50,416 bases of DNA from Candidatus Scalinduaceae bacterium (GTDB taxonomy: Bacteria; Planctomycetota; Brocadiia; Brocadiales; Scalinduaceae), in assembly GCA_046759445.1 (NCBI GenBank), contig JBHICG010000018.1, forward strand, positions 1 through 50,416, in the 5' to 3' direction. Below, piece after piece: positions 9,398 to 18,995 of the stretch. The first letter of the stretch is position 1. Each line of letters starts with the position of its first letter. The notes beneath the pieces are model-generated. The model worked only from the letters and a program-made list of their open reading frames with translations. It was not told the origin of the DNA and made no database searches. Both the position numbers and the translations under genes were made by a program.

Positions 9398-10465
9398 GTG
9401 AGTAACATCATGCATCCTTTAGACTATTTATTGGGTTTGGCTTCTACAGATATGGGAATTGATCTGGGAACGGCAAACACTTTAGTATGCATTCCCGGTG
9501 AAGGTATTGTGTTGTTTGAGCCATCAGTAGTTGCCATAAAACCCGGAACAAATATAGTTTTATTAGACGGAAGTGCTGTAGGGCAGTCCGCTAAGGCTAT
9601 GTTGGAGAAAGCTCCTAACAGCATCTCTGTTATTAGGCCGATGAAGAATGGTGTCATTGCTGATTTTGACATTACCGAGGCTATGCTTAAGTACTTTATT
9701 TTGAAGGTTCATAAGAGAAAATGGGGGGTAAGGCCAAGGATTGTTATCGCTATTCCATCTGGAATCACTGCAGTGGAAAAACGTGCTGTTGTGAATTCTG
9801 CAGAAAGAGCTGGTGCAAGGGAAGTATTTTTAATATCAGAACCTAAAGCTGCTGCAATTGGAGCTGGTCTTCCTGTTGGAGAACCTGTTGCCAGTATGGT
9901 TGTTGATATTGGTGGAGGTACCACGGAAGTAGCCGTCACATCGTTAGGGGATATTTTCACACATGAAAGCTTAAGGATTGCAGGCGACGCAATGGATGAA
10001 ACACTCGTTCAGTATATTCGTCGTACTTATAGCCTGGATATAGGATTTAGGACTGCTGAAAATATTAAGGTAAAGATTGGTTCAGCCTACCCTTTGGAAG
10101 AAGAAATTTCTGCAGAAATTAGAGGACGTGATGCAATAGCGGGATTACCAAGGTCTGCAACCGTTACATCTGAAGAGATAAGAGAAGCCCTTCGTCCAAC
10201 AATAGAATCTGTTCTTGATGCTATAAAGAAGACGTTAGAAAAAACTTCACCAGAATTATCCTCTGATTTATTGACTTCAGGTATGGTTTTAGTTGGTGGT
10301 GGCGTAATGCTTAGAGGTTTAGATAAATTGATTGCTGAAGAAACAGGGCTTCCTGTAAGGTTGGCAGATGATCCTATAACAGCGGTTGCCAGAGGGGCAG
10401 GTATTCTTTTAGAAGACCTTGATTTATACAAGGATGTATTGTGGGATAAGGAACTTGAGTCCTAG
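9398..10465 (+). CDS. mreB: rod shape-determining actin homologue MreB
   Basis: GIDLGTANT, EPSVVA, DIGGGTTEVA; exact start uncertain. Confidence 0.97.
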   Translation: MSNIMHPLDYLLGLASTDMGIDLGTANTLVCIPGEGIVLFEPSVVAIKPGTNIVLLDGSAVGQSAKAMLEKAPNSISVIRPMKNGVIADFDITEAMLKYFILKVHKRKWGVRPRIVIAIPSGITAVEKRAVVNSAERAGAREVFLISEPKAAAIGAGLPVGEPVASMVVDIGGGTTEVAVTSLGDIFTHESLRIAGDAMDETLVQYIRRTYSLDIGFRTAENIKVKIGSAYPLEEEISAEIRGRDAIAGLPRSATVTSEEIREALRPTIESVLDAIKKTLEKTSPELSSDLLTSGMVLVGGGVMLRGLDKLIAEETGLPVRLADDPITAVARGAGILLEDLDLYKDVLWDKELES

Positions 10466-11273
10466 TTCTAGCAGACTTCCTAAAAGATTGGTAATTTATA
10501 TTCTTATTGTAACATCGGTTTTCCTTTTAACCATACCAGAGAATATATCAAATCATATCAGGGCAACAATATCTTCACCTCTTGCGCCAGTTCAAAAGGT
10601 AATTACTCAAACGTCATTTTATATAAAAAAGGGATTTGAAAAGATTGTCTTGATAATAGAATCTGCTGATGAAAAAGAAAAACTAAAAGAAGAAATTTTT
10701 CTTCTGCAGAATAAGATAATAAAACAGCAAAATGTAATAAATGTGCTTAACCGTAAACTCGGAACTGTATCAGAACTTAGAGATACTATAAACAATAATG
10801 AGAAACTCTTAATTGCAAACATAATTGGCTATGATGCTTCAAACTTTAGAAGGAGCATTCTAATTGATGCTGGAAGGAAACAAGGGGTTTCTGTTAATGA
10901 TGCTGTAGTTTATGGAAATGCGCTTGTTGGCCGAATCTCGACAATAAGGAGTTCATCAAGCAGGGTTATGTTGATTACTGATCCTGCATCAAATTTTCCA
11001 TCAAGATTTCTCAAATCAAGAGTACAGGGAATGGTCCAGGGAACTGCCGGGAACACATGTAAGATTAAATATGTACCCAGGCATGCAAAGGTTAAGGAAG
11101 GTGACAAAGTTGTTCTATCTGGTATTGAAGGCATCTTTCCACAATCAATATATATAGGGGATGTTGTTGTAGTAAGAGAAAGAGGTGCAAATCTTTTCAA
11201 AGACATAAAGCTTAAGCCAAGAATTGATTTTTCGAGAATAGAGCACGTACTGGTAATTAAGAAGAAAAAGTAG
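10455..11273 (+). CDS. mreC: rod shape-determining protein MreC
   Basis: TM plus coiled coil, LVGRI, SRVMLITD, SGIEGIFP; start moved to TTG 10455 (TAAGGA upstream). Confidence 0.9.
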   Translation: MSPSSSRLPKRLVIYILIVTSVFLLTIPENISNHIRATISSPLAPVQKVITQTSFYIKKGFEKIVLIIESADEKEKLKEEIFLLQNKIIKQQNVINVLNRKLGTVSELRDTINNNEKLLIANIIGYDASNFRRSILIDAGRKQGVSVNDAVVYGNALVGRISTIRSSSSRVMLITDPASNFPSRFLKSRVQGMVQGTAGNTCKIKYVPRHAKVKEGDKVVLSGIEGIFPQSIYIGDVVVVRERGANLFKDIKLKPRIDFSRIEHVLVIKKKK

Positions 11274-11337
11274 AGACATCAACGAATGAACACTTCAAGA
11301 CTTAAAGGCATTGTACTAAAAAAGCAAAGACAACCTC

Positions 11338-11838
11338 ATGTCATGGATTACCATAATAAGCATTATCTTTTGCATATCACTATTTCAAACAACAATATTA
11401 TTCCACACAAGCATACTGGGAATACAACCTGACCTCTTCATAATATTTCTCGTTTATTGTTCTTTAAACCTTAACCTGGAACGAGCATTTCATGCAAATT
11501 GGGCAACTGGTCTTGCTAAGGATATTTTTTCTGAAGGGTGCTTTGGCTTAAATACTATTATATTCGTTATTGTAGGGTACCTGATCTCAATGATTAAGGA
11601 TGAGATTTTCAGAAAACATTTAGTAACACAAATTGTGGTTACGTTGATTATCTCAATTATATATAACTTTATGTACCTTTTCATGTTATCATTTACTTTA
11701 ACATCCGTAAGCTTATTAACTATGATATGGAAATGTGTAATTATCTCAGTTTACAATTCGATAATTGTGTTTCCAGTATTTTGGTTGTTCGACAAGACCT
11801 ACACCTTATCAGGAATATCATCTCTGGATAGAAAATAA
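11338..11838 (+). CDS. mreD: rod shape-determining protein MreD
   Basis: Hydrophobic, IQPDLFII, GLAKD; position after mreC. Confidence 0.88.
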   Translation: MSWITIISIIFCISLFQTTILFHTSILGIQPDLFIIFLVYCSLNLNLERAFHANWATGLAKDIFSEGCFGLNTIIFVIVGYLISMIKDEIFRKHLVTQIVVTLIISIIYNFMYLFMLSFTLTSVSLLTMIWKCVIISVYNSIIVFPVFWLFDKTYTLSGISSLDRK

Positions 11839-11842
11839 AATA

Positions 11843-13753
11843 ATGCATACAAAACATTTTAAGATATTTTTTGGAATGATATTAGTTGCGTTTTTCGTAA
11901 TAGTTTGTAGATTGTTTTATGTACAGATAATTGATGGTGGGAAGTATAGCGGTATTTCTGATGATAAAAGAATCAGGACTATTGGCATTGATACACTAAG
12001 AGGAACCATATATGATAGAAACGGCAGGATGTTAGCCGTAGATAGACATTCCTTTGAGCTTACGGTTATTTATAAAAAGCTATTTAATACTTATTCGTGC
12101 TTTAAACGTAATATATTACCTAAACTGTCCACATTTAAGAATAAGGAATTAAATAGAAGATTGTGTAAAGAATGTCATCTTGATAATTCATTGTGGGTAG
12201 AAGAATTAGCTGAACTTCTTGAAATTCCGTATTCAGACATATTTGAAAGAACTTCACAGATAGTGGAAAAAGTAGAAAAGATTAAACGGAATGTTGAAAG
12301 GAGAAATAAGAGGAAAATACATATTAAAGAGGAAACTGTCCCGTATTCAATAGCATCTAATATAGCCTGGGAAAAGATTGTAAGGTTTGAGGTTAAGATG
12401 CAGGATTTACCTGGTATACGGGTAGATGTAAAGCCTGTAAGATGGTATCCGCAGAGAGATTTGGCAGCTCACATAATCGGCTATGTAGGTAAATTTGACA
12501 AAAAAGAAATAAAAGACAATAACTTTAAGAAGAGGTGGTTTAATGGTCTCGGAAAAAATAATAAATCTAAAACAGAATATTTTGCTCATAAAGCGCTAGC
12601 GATGGATACATTTGTTGGAAAAAGTGGTATTGAAAGAGTATATAATTCCAGTCTTATGGGTATACCTGGTGATAGATTTGAAGAAATAACCCTTGATACC
12701 CTTAAGGTTAATAAACTAATCTTAGAAAGGCCTCCAATATCCGGCAATAACATATTTTTAACCATTGATAGCAGGATACAGGGCATAGCAGAAAAAGTTC
12801 TTGGTGAAAGGAGGGGTTCAATAGTAGTGATGAATCCGTTGAATGGTGAAGTTCTTGCAATGGCCACATTTCCTAGATATGATTTAAATAACCTGCGCGT
12901 AAACTTTCCTGTACTTAACAAAAACCCTAACAAACCCTTCCTTAATAGACCAATTCAGGGCGTTTTGTCTCCAGGGTCTGTTTTTAAGGTAATTACGGCA
13001 GTTGCAGGGTTAGAAGAAAATAAAGTAAATGAGGATACTCACTTTACATGTTATGGTTCATTAAAGACGGGTGGAGGTAGATTTAGATGCCATTCTAAGT
13101 ACGGCCACGGTCTGTTGAATATTGAGGAAGCAATACAATATTCATGCAATGTGTTTTTTTTTGAGGTGGCAAAAATGTTAGGTAGTTCATTGTTAAAAAA
13201 GTGGGTTAGTAAATTTGATTTTGGAAGTGTCACTGGTATTGAACTTCCTTATGAAAAAAAGGGAAATATACCTGCATCCAATGCTAAGTACGAAACTATG
13301 AATATGTCGATAGGTCAAGGAGCTATGCTGGTTACTCCTGTACAGGTTACTAAGATGATGGCTATGATTGCAAATGGTGGTTGGTATATCAAACCTCATA
13401 TTCTCAAAAAAATAACGGATTACGAAGGAAAGGTATTATTTAACAATAAACTAAGACATACAAATAAAATAGGCATATCAGAAAAGAATCTTGACATTAT
13501 TAAACGGTCATTACGAAGGGTAGTAACGGCCGGTACGGCAAGGAACGTTGGTTTGAATGAGCTGCATGTTGCTGGGAAGACTGGAACAACGCAAACTGCG
13601 CGTGAGAATGAAAACCATGCATGGTTTGCCGGGTATGCCCCTTTTGATAATCCAAAATATTGTTTCACTGTTGTGATAGAGCGTACGCCAGGTCACGGAG
13701 CTGACGTAGCAGGTCCCATTGTCCAAAAACTCTTATCGGAGCTTGAGGTTTAA
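11843..13753 (+). CDS. mrdA: penicillin-binding protein 2 (class B transpeptidase)
   Basis: RGTIYDRNG, R-x-YP, GKSGIE, SxxK (SVFK), SxN (SCN), KTG; start moved to ATG 11843. Confidence 0.95.
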   Translation: MHTKHFKIFFGMILVAFFVIVCRLFYVQIIDGGKYSGISDDKRIRTIGIDTLRGTIYDRNGRMLAVDRHSFELTVIYKKLFNTYSCFKRNILPKLSTFKNKELNRRLCKECHLDNSLWVEELAELLEIPYSDIFERTSQIVEKVEKIKRNVERRNKRKIHIKEETVPYSIASNIAWEKIVRFEVKMQDLPGIRVDVKPVRWYPQRDLAAHIIGYVGKFDKKEIKDNNFKKRWFNGLGKNNKSKTEYFAHKALAMDTFVGKSGIERVYNSSLMGIPGDRFEEITLDTLKVNKLILERPPISGNNIFLTIDSRIQGIAEKVLGERRGSIVVMNPLNGEVLAMATFPRYDLNNLRVNFPVLNKNPNKPFLNRPIQGVLSPGSVFKVITAVAGLEENKVNEDTHFTCYGSLKTGGGRFRCHSKYGHGLLNIEEAIQYSCNVFFFEVAKMLGSSLLKKWVSKFDFGSVTGIELPYEKKGNIPASNAKYETMNMSIGQGAMLVTPVQVTKMMAMIANGGWYIKPHILKKITDYEGKVLFNNKLRHTNKIGISEKNLDIIKRSLRRVVTAGTARNVGLNELHVAGKTGTTQTARENENHAWFAGYAPFDNPKYCFTVVIERTPGHGADVAGPIVQKLLSELEV

Positions 13754-13814
13754 GGTTTTAATGAATGATTTGGCGGAATAGATGAAAAATTGAGTGTTGT
13801 GGGTTACAAGTTAA

Positions 13815-13929
13815 CGGGTTGTTCGAGAATCACACCCGAACTTGATCCGGAATCTAATACTTCTGTAAAATACTTATAATTAAAGATTCTGAGATCCTGT
13901 CCTGAGGAAACTCAGGGGTGCGGGTTGTT
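13815..13929. repeat. degenerate palindromic (REP-like) element flanked by a 9 bp direct repeat
   Basis: CGGGTTGTT at 13815-23 and 13921-29; internal CCCGAACTTGATCCGGAATCT...AGATTCTG and hairpin CCTGAG-GAAA-CTCAGG (13901-16). Confidence 0.55.
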
Positions 13930-13980
13930 TCATCCAATAAGTGTCGTATTGTTTTTTCTTTGATAATTCTAATGATTATA

Positions 13981-14130
13981 ACCTAAATTGAGCGATTTTA
14001 TATTATATAATATTGTAGCCGCTGGCTTAAGGCAATCTTAAGATTGCCCGCCTGCGTTTCTCATCATTTGATGGATCCATGTAAGTTGCGCAACCTCAAG
14101 GTTGCGGCTACAAAATCGCTCAATTCAGGT
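13981..14130 (-). mobile_element. MITE-like TIR/REP element, copy 2 (inverted)
   Basis: Reverse complement of the 2690-2834 element; extra TIR fragment CTCAATTTAGGTA at 14166-14178. Confidence 0.88.
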
Positions 14131-14259
14131 ATAAGTTATTAAATATATTTTAATTCAATAAATTACTCAATTTAGGTAATAATAACCTGCCAAAATACCG
14201 ATCCTAAAAGAAATAATCTTAAAGATGTAGTTTTGGTGGGCTGAAAGGAACTAGTTTAT

Positions 14260-15363
14260 ATGCCTAGAGCAGCAGATTTAAGGAATTATGACTGGGTACT
14301 GTTTCTGGTAGTTTGTTTATTCCTGATAATAAGTTTTTTCTTTGTATGGAGCGCTTCGTCTGAGAGATTTGCATATAAGCAGTTAATTTGGATTGGCTTG
14401 GGAATGGGTGTGTTTTTTGCTTTGATGGTTTTTGATTATTTTTTGATTGCCAAATACTCATATGTTTTTTACTTGATAATCCTTTTAGGTTTATTTTCAG
14501 TTTTATTGTTCGGTAAAATCGTATATGGGGCGCAAAGATGGTTGATGCTTGGTCCTGTCTCTATACAGCCCTCTGAATTCATGAAGATAGCCCTTATCCT
14601 GGCGCTTTCAAGATATTTCATGTACAAAAATATTATTTCCAGATTCAGGAGCATTGTCTTTCCGATAGGTATAACTATTGTGCCTATGGTATTAATTATT
14701 AAACAGCCGGATCTGGGTACCAGTTTAACCTTATTGCCTGTTTTTTTTGCAATTATATACATAGCCGGCATAAGACTTAAATATATTATTTCTATAATAA
14801 TTATTGGTTTAACATTGATGCCACTTCTCTGGTATTTTGTACTTGAAGGCTATCAAAAGGCGAGAATAATAAGTTTATTATTTCCTGATAAGGTAAGCAA
14901 GCTTGACGAAGGTTATCATAAAATACAATCATTAATTGCGATTGGTTCTGGCGGCTACTTTGGAAGTGGATGGGGCAATGGCATACAAAGCCAGCTTAAT
15001 TTCCTTCCTCAGGGACATACAGATTTTATTTTTTCGGTTATAGCGGAAGAATGGGGGTTTTTTAGAAGTTGCGCAATCCTCGGGCTTTATGTAATTTTTC
15101 TTGCATGTAGTATGGATATTGCTCTAAAAACTAAAGAAACTTACGGCAAACTGATTGTGACAGGTTTTACGGCAATGTTTGCCACACAAATAATCATTAA
15201 CGTTTCTATGTCAATAGGACTTCTTCCAATTACTGGCTTGACGTTACCTTTTATTAGCTATGGGGGTTCCTCTCTACTTTCATCCTTCATAGCATTGTCT
15301 TTTATTTTTAATGTAAAGCTGAGAACCAGAATAGTTTTTGCAAGGAAAGAGTTTTATGGATGA
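14260..15363 (+). CDS. rodA: SEDS peptidoglycan glycosyltransferase RodA
   Basis: GAQRW, QPSEFMK, QPDLGT, HTDFIF, LPFISYGGSS. Confidence 0.95.
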   Translation: MPRAADLRNYDWVLFLVVCLFLIISFFFVWSASSERFAYKQLIWIGLGMGVFFALMVFDYFLIAKYSYVFYLIILLGLFSVLLFGKIVYGAQRWLMLGPVSIQPSEFMKIALILALSRYFMYKNIISRFRSIVFPIGITIVPMVLIIKQPDLGTSLTLLPVFFAIIYIAGIRLKYIISIIIIGLTLMPLLWYFVLEGYQKARIISLLFPDKVSKLDEGYHKIQSLIAIGSGGYFGSGWGNGIQSQLNFLPQGHTDFIFSVIAEEWGFFRSCAILGLYVIFLACSMDIALKTKETYGKLIVTGFTAMFATQIIINVSMSIGLLPITGLTLPFISYGGSSLLSSFIALSFIFNVKLRTRIVFARKEFYG

Positions 15364-17215
15364 TATTCGGGATTATGTTGAAAATAAAATATTACCTTTT
15401 GTAGAAACACCCGGGCAGTATATAGGCGGGGAATGGAATTCTATAATAAAGGAACACAATAATGCAGACGTTACAGTTGCATTGGCCTTTCCGGACACTT
15501 ATGCAATTGGGATGTCTCACCTAGGCATGCAAATTCTATACGGTCTTTTGAATGAGCGTAATAATGTGGTTTGCGAAAGGGTCTTCGCGCCATGGCCTGA
15601 CATGGAGTATGAATTAAGGAGACACAAGATACCATTATATTCCCTGGAAACTTTCAGGCCTTTAAGTAATTTTGATATTATCGGTTTTTCACTTCAATAT
15701 GAGATGTCTTATACAAACGTGCTCAACATGCTTGACCTTGCTGATATACCATTGAGGAGGGAGGAAAGAACCGAAGAGGATCCCTTAATCATTGCTGGCG
15801 GCCCTTTGTCATTTACTCCTGAGCCAATGTCTGATTTTATTGATATTTTCTTTGTGGGTGATGGGGAAGAAAAATTGACTGAGTTTCTCGAGCTGTTCAG
15901 GGTGATTAAACAAACAAGAGGATTGACTAAAGAAGAGAAAATCATTTCACTGATTAAAAATTTCAAGAATCTTTATGCACCTTCTCTTTATAATGTAACT
16001 TACGATTTTGATGGAATTATAAAGGAATTCGAACCAAAAGTAGTTGGCATTCCTTCAGTAGTGCAAGCTGCATCCGTCAGAAATCTGGACAAGGCATATT
16101 TCCCCCGTAATCTTATAGTCCCTCACGTGAAAACCATTCATGATCGTATTTCTGTTGAAGTTATGCGAGGGTGTACCCAGGGATGCAGGTTTTGTCAGGC
16201 CGGCATGACAAAAAGACCAAACAGGTTGCGTTCAGTGGATACTATCTTAAAATTATCTGAAGACTGCTACCTTAATACGGGCCATGATGAAATTTCACTG
16301 GGTGCGCTGTCAGTAAATGATTATCCTTATCTCCAGGAACTTATGATGCAAATGGATATGATTTTTAATCGGAACAAGGTAAACATATCATTTCCCTCAT
16401 TGAGAATTTCAGATCAGTTAGCCAAAGTGCCATCTTATCTGAATACTGTACGCAAATCGAGTCTGACATTAGCTCCTGAAGCTGCAACCACAAGACTCAG
16501 AAAGGTAATCAATAAGGATATATCAAATAAAGACCTTTACGACGGTGTTAAAGAAGCATACAAAGAGGGATGGAATCTGGTCAAATTATACTTTATGGTG
16601 GGCCTCCCTACAGAGACAGACGAAGATGTTGAGGAAATAGCAGACATGGCATATAGGGTTTCCAGTCTCAGGAAAGAGCTAAAAGGGACATTTGGGAATG
16701 TGAATGTAACCATAGCACCTTTTGTTCCCAAAGCTCATACACCATTCCAATGGGAACCAATGGTTACATTAGAACGGATTAATGATATTAAGAGAATAGT
16801 AAATAGTAAGATTAGACGTAGAAACATTCGTATCAAGTTCAACAAGCCTGAAAGGAGTATACTTGAAGGCATATTTGCACGTGGTGACAGAAGACTGGGG
16901 AGCGTAATCTTGCAGGCATGGAGAGAAGGATGTAAGTTCGATGCATGGGATGAGTATTTTGATTATCATAAATGGAAAAGATCATTTGAAAAAGCGGGTA
17001 TCGATGAAGATTTATACTTGTGTAGAAATAGGAGCGTAGATGAAATTCTTCCCTGGGACCATATCAGCAGTGGTGTCTTAAATCAATTTTTAAAAGATGA
17101 GAGGGAAAAGGCATTTGAACAACAAAACTATACTCCTGATTGTTTCAAATATGACTGCCCGGACTGTGGCGCTTGTGAAAGGTCAAGGCATTATGTAAAC
17201 ACAAACAATGCGTGA
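15356..17215 (+). CDS. TIGR03960-type B12-binding radical SAM protein
   Basis: FPDTYAIGMSHLG, CTQGCRFC (CxxxCxxC), PKAHTPFQW, C-terminal Cys cluster DCFKYDCPDCGAC; usual position after rodA. Confidence 0.9.
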   Translation: MDDIRDYVENKILPFVETPGQYIGGEWNSIIKEHNNADVTVALAFPDTYAIGMSHLGMQILYGLLNERNNVVCERVFAPWPDMEYELRRHKIPLYSLETFRPLSNFDIIGFSLQYEMSYTNVLNMLDLADIPLRREERTEEDPLIIAGGPLSFTPEPMSDFIDIFFVGDGEEKLTEFLELFRVIKQTRGLTKEEKIISLIKNFKNLYAPSLYNVTYDFDGIIKEFEPKVVGIPSVVQAASVRNLDKAYFPRNLIVPHVKTIHDRISVEVMRGCTQGCRFCQAGMTKRPNRLRSVDTILKLSEDCYLNTGHDEISLGALSVNDYPYLQELMMQMDMIFNRNKVNISFPSLRISDQLAKVPSYLNTVRKSSLTLAPEAATTRLRKVINKDISNKDLYDGVKEAYKEGWNLVKLYFMVGLPTETDEDVEEIADMAYRVSSLRKELKGTFGNVNVTIAPFVPKAHTPFQWEPMVTLERINDIKRIVNSKIRRRNIRIKFNKPERSILEGIFARGDRRLGSVILQAWREGCKFDAWDEYFDYHKWKRSFEKAGIDEDLYLCRNRSVDEILPWDHISSGVLNQFLKDEREKAFEQQNYTPDCFKYDCPDCGACERSRHYVNTNNA

Positions 17216-17521
17216 ATTGTAACAACTAGTAACAACGCAAAAAGGTTTATTGCTGAACAGTATTGAGACCGTACATAATCATAAAAGAAAGAAACTATAT
17301 AAAATGTAACACTTAATCATAAACCATTAACCCTTTATATAATAGTAAATTATAATAATGTTCAAAGACTCTCCCTTACCACACGCCTTCCGAGAACTCT
17401 TTGTCTGGACGGTCTATGACTCTCCATGACGGTGTAAAATATCTCTTGACAATTAAAGGGATATTTAGAAAATACTCGCTTTCTTTACTCACTTTAGCAG
17501 CGCACAGATGGGTCAGCTTCA

Positions 17522-17776
17522 GTGGACGCAGAGCTTACCCCGTTAGAAAGATCGGGTATCCTTTTATTCCTGCTTCTTCTCACATACACCAACTATGCTG
17601 TCGGTGCGAAAGCAGATCTTACCATTACATGGAATATTACAAATATCCCACCTAATTCACCCAACCTTGTCCATTTATATTCTTATTATGGTGGTGAGTT
17701 ATCTGAGATTGCTTCAGCATCAGTAAATGAACAAGGGGACTTCAAGCTCGAACAACAGAGGCAAAAGCATTGGTAA
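17522..17776 (+). pseudogene. N-terminal fragment of an exported protein (resembles the N-domain of exported redoxin/TlpA-type proteins), truncated
   Basis: Signal-like ILLFLLLLTYTNYAVGAKA then LTITWNITN...ASASVNEQGDFKLE, then an abrupt end; family assignment tentative. Confidence 0.4.
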
Positions 17777-17966
17777 CACTATGGAAATCAAAAAGGCAAA
17801 TTCTGCTGCGTTAATCACCTTTTATGACATCTTCTTGAAATTTTTAGAAAGTCCTGAAAAAGTTAATAATCCCGTAAACTATTGCTGACTGATGTCGAAA
17901 AAAACAAACACACCTTAATTCATACTTAATAAATACTTACGTAGAAATTAATCTTTTCTGATGCCT

Positions 17967-17990
17967 TATGTTGATTTAAGTAAACATTTT
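17967..17990. promoter_or_regulatory. imperfect palindromic regulator-binding site, copy A
   Basis: TATGTTGATTTAAGTAAACATTTT, 23/24 identical to 46810-46833. Confidence 0.6.
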
Positions 17991-18202
17991 TAAATAAAAA
18001 AAACAACTTCTATCCATTCCCTTTTTTAAGACTTAATCACAAATATAATGTTTTTGGCATGTTACAGCATTTCTTCGTAAATCACTAACTTTGGTATGAT
18101 AGTTGATGCAATAGTGATAACGGGTACGTGAATAAAAGTCATAGGTAGTAAGATTTCTATAATCGTATATACCTTTTATCGCTTAAAGACTGGAAGATAT
18201 CA

Positions 18203-18385
18203 ATGAAACATGATACTGGCATTATCAATAAATACGTGGAATTTACCAAAGATGAACTTTTATTAATGTTCCAGGAGGAAGCACACCATATATGCACAAA
18301 ACCTGAAGAAGTTCATTCTATAGCCGTAAGTGCATTAGACGACTTTATCAAAAAGCATGGAAAGTATGTAGGGTCTAGTTTGTAA
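18203..18385 (+). CDS. small hypothetical protein (60 aa)
   Basis: ATG start, protein-like composition, conserved upstream site; no family recognised. Confidence 0.55.
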   Translation: MKHDTGIINKYVEFTKDELLLMFQEEAHHICTKPEEVHSIAVSALDDFIKKHGKYVGSSL

Positions 18386-18761
18386 AAATGAATATAAACG
18401 GGGAATTTAAAGAGACTTTGAAGAGATAAACATATAACCTTTATTAGAATCTCTACACGTCTCTTTAAATCCCTGTAAATAAAACTAAATGAGGTATTTA
18501 TAGTTAGGAATAAGTATATTTGCAAGTTTAAGCTTCTTTTTGGGTGTGATTTACAAAGAGAATAAATCTTGAAACTACAACAAGAGTACGAATGCTATTA
18601 TGATGATGTATATCCAGTAATTTTGAAAAAAAGGCAGGCATTCTATAAAAGATTCATATTAGGTGTATGTTGTTATTGGCTGAGTCTATGGAATAAAGCT
18701 TGCCGTTTGAATAAAAGAATTCAAATTCGATAAAGAATTATTTTAAGTACAAAAGAGTTAT

Positions 18762-18900
18762 CTAGACCGTCCTGAAAAAGTCCCTTTTTTCGTCAGAAGC
18801 AATGGCTCGGAAAATACACAACTTAATTCCTCATCGCCAATTACCTTTCCCTCAATGTCTCGTATACTACCCGATCAATATAATTCCTTAAACGCTTGAG
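18762..18900 (-). mobile_element. probable IS right-end remnant
   Basis: Minus strand reads LKRLRNYIDRVVYETLRER* (like the NLKR tail of IS5/IS1182-type transposases), then GACTTTTTCAGGACGGT-CTAG; GTCCTGAAAAAGT also occurs at 17851-17863. Confidence 0.4.
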
Positions 18901-18995
18901 TTATTTATTGGGTAGTCTCATCTCACAATTATAAGTATAACGACTTCTCAAAAACAAAGAAAGACATCAAAAGAAAAAATTAGTTACTTATAGCG

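Noticed and set aside
18050..18072. TGGCATGTTACAGCA as a sigma54 promoter
   Set aside because: GG-to-GC spacing is 9 rather than 10 and the TTGC element is missing.
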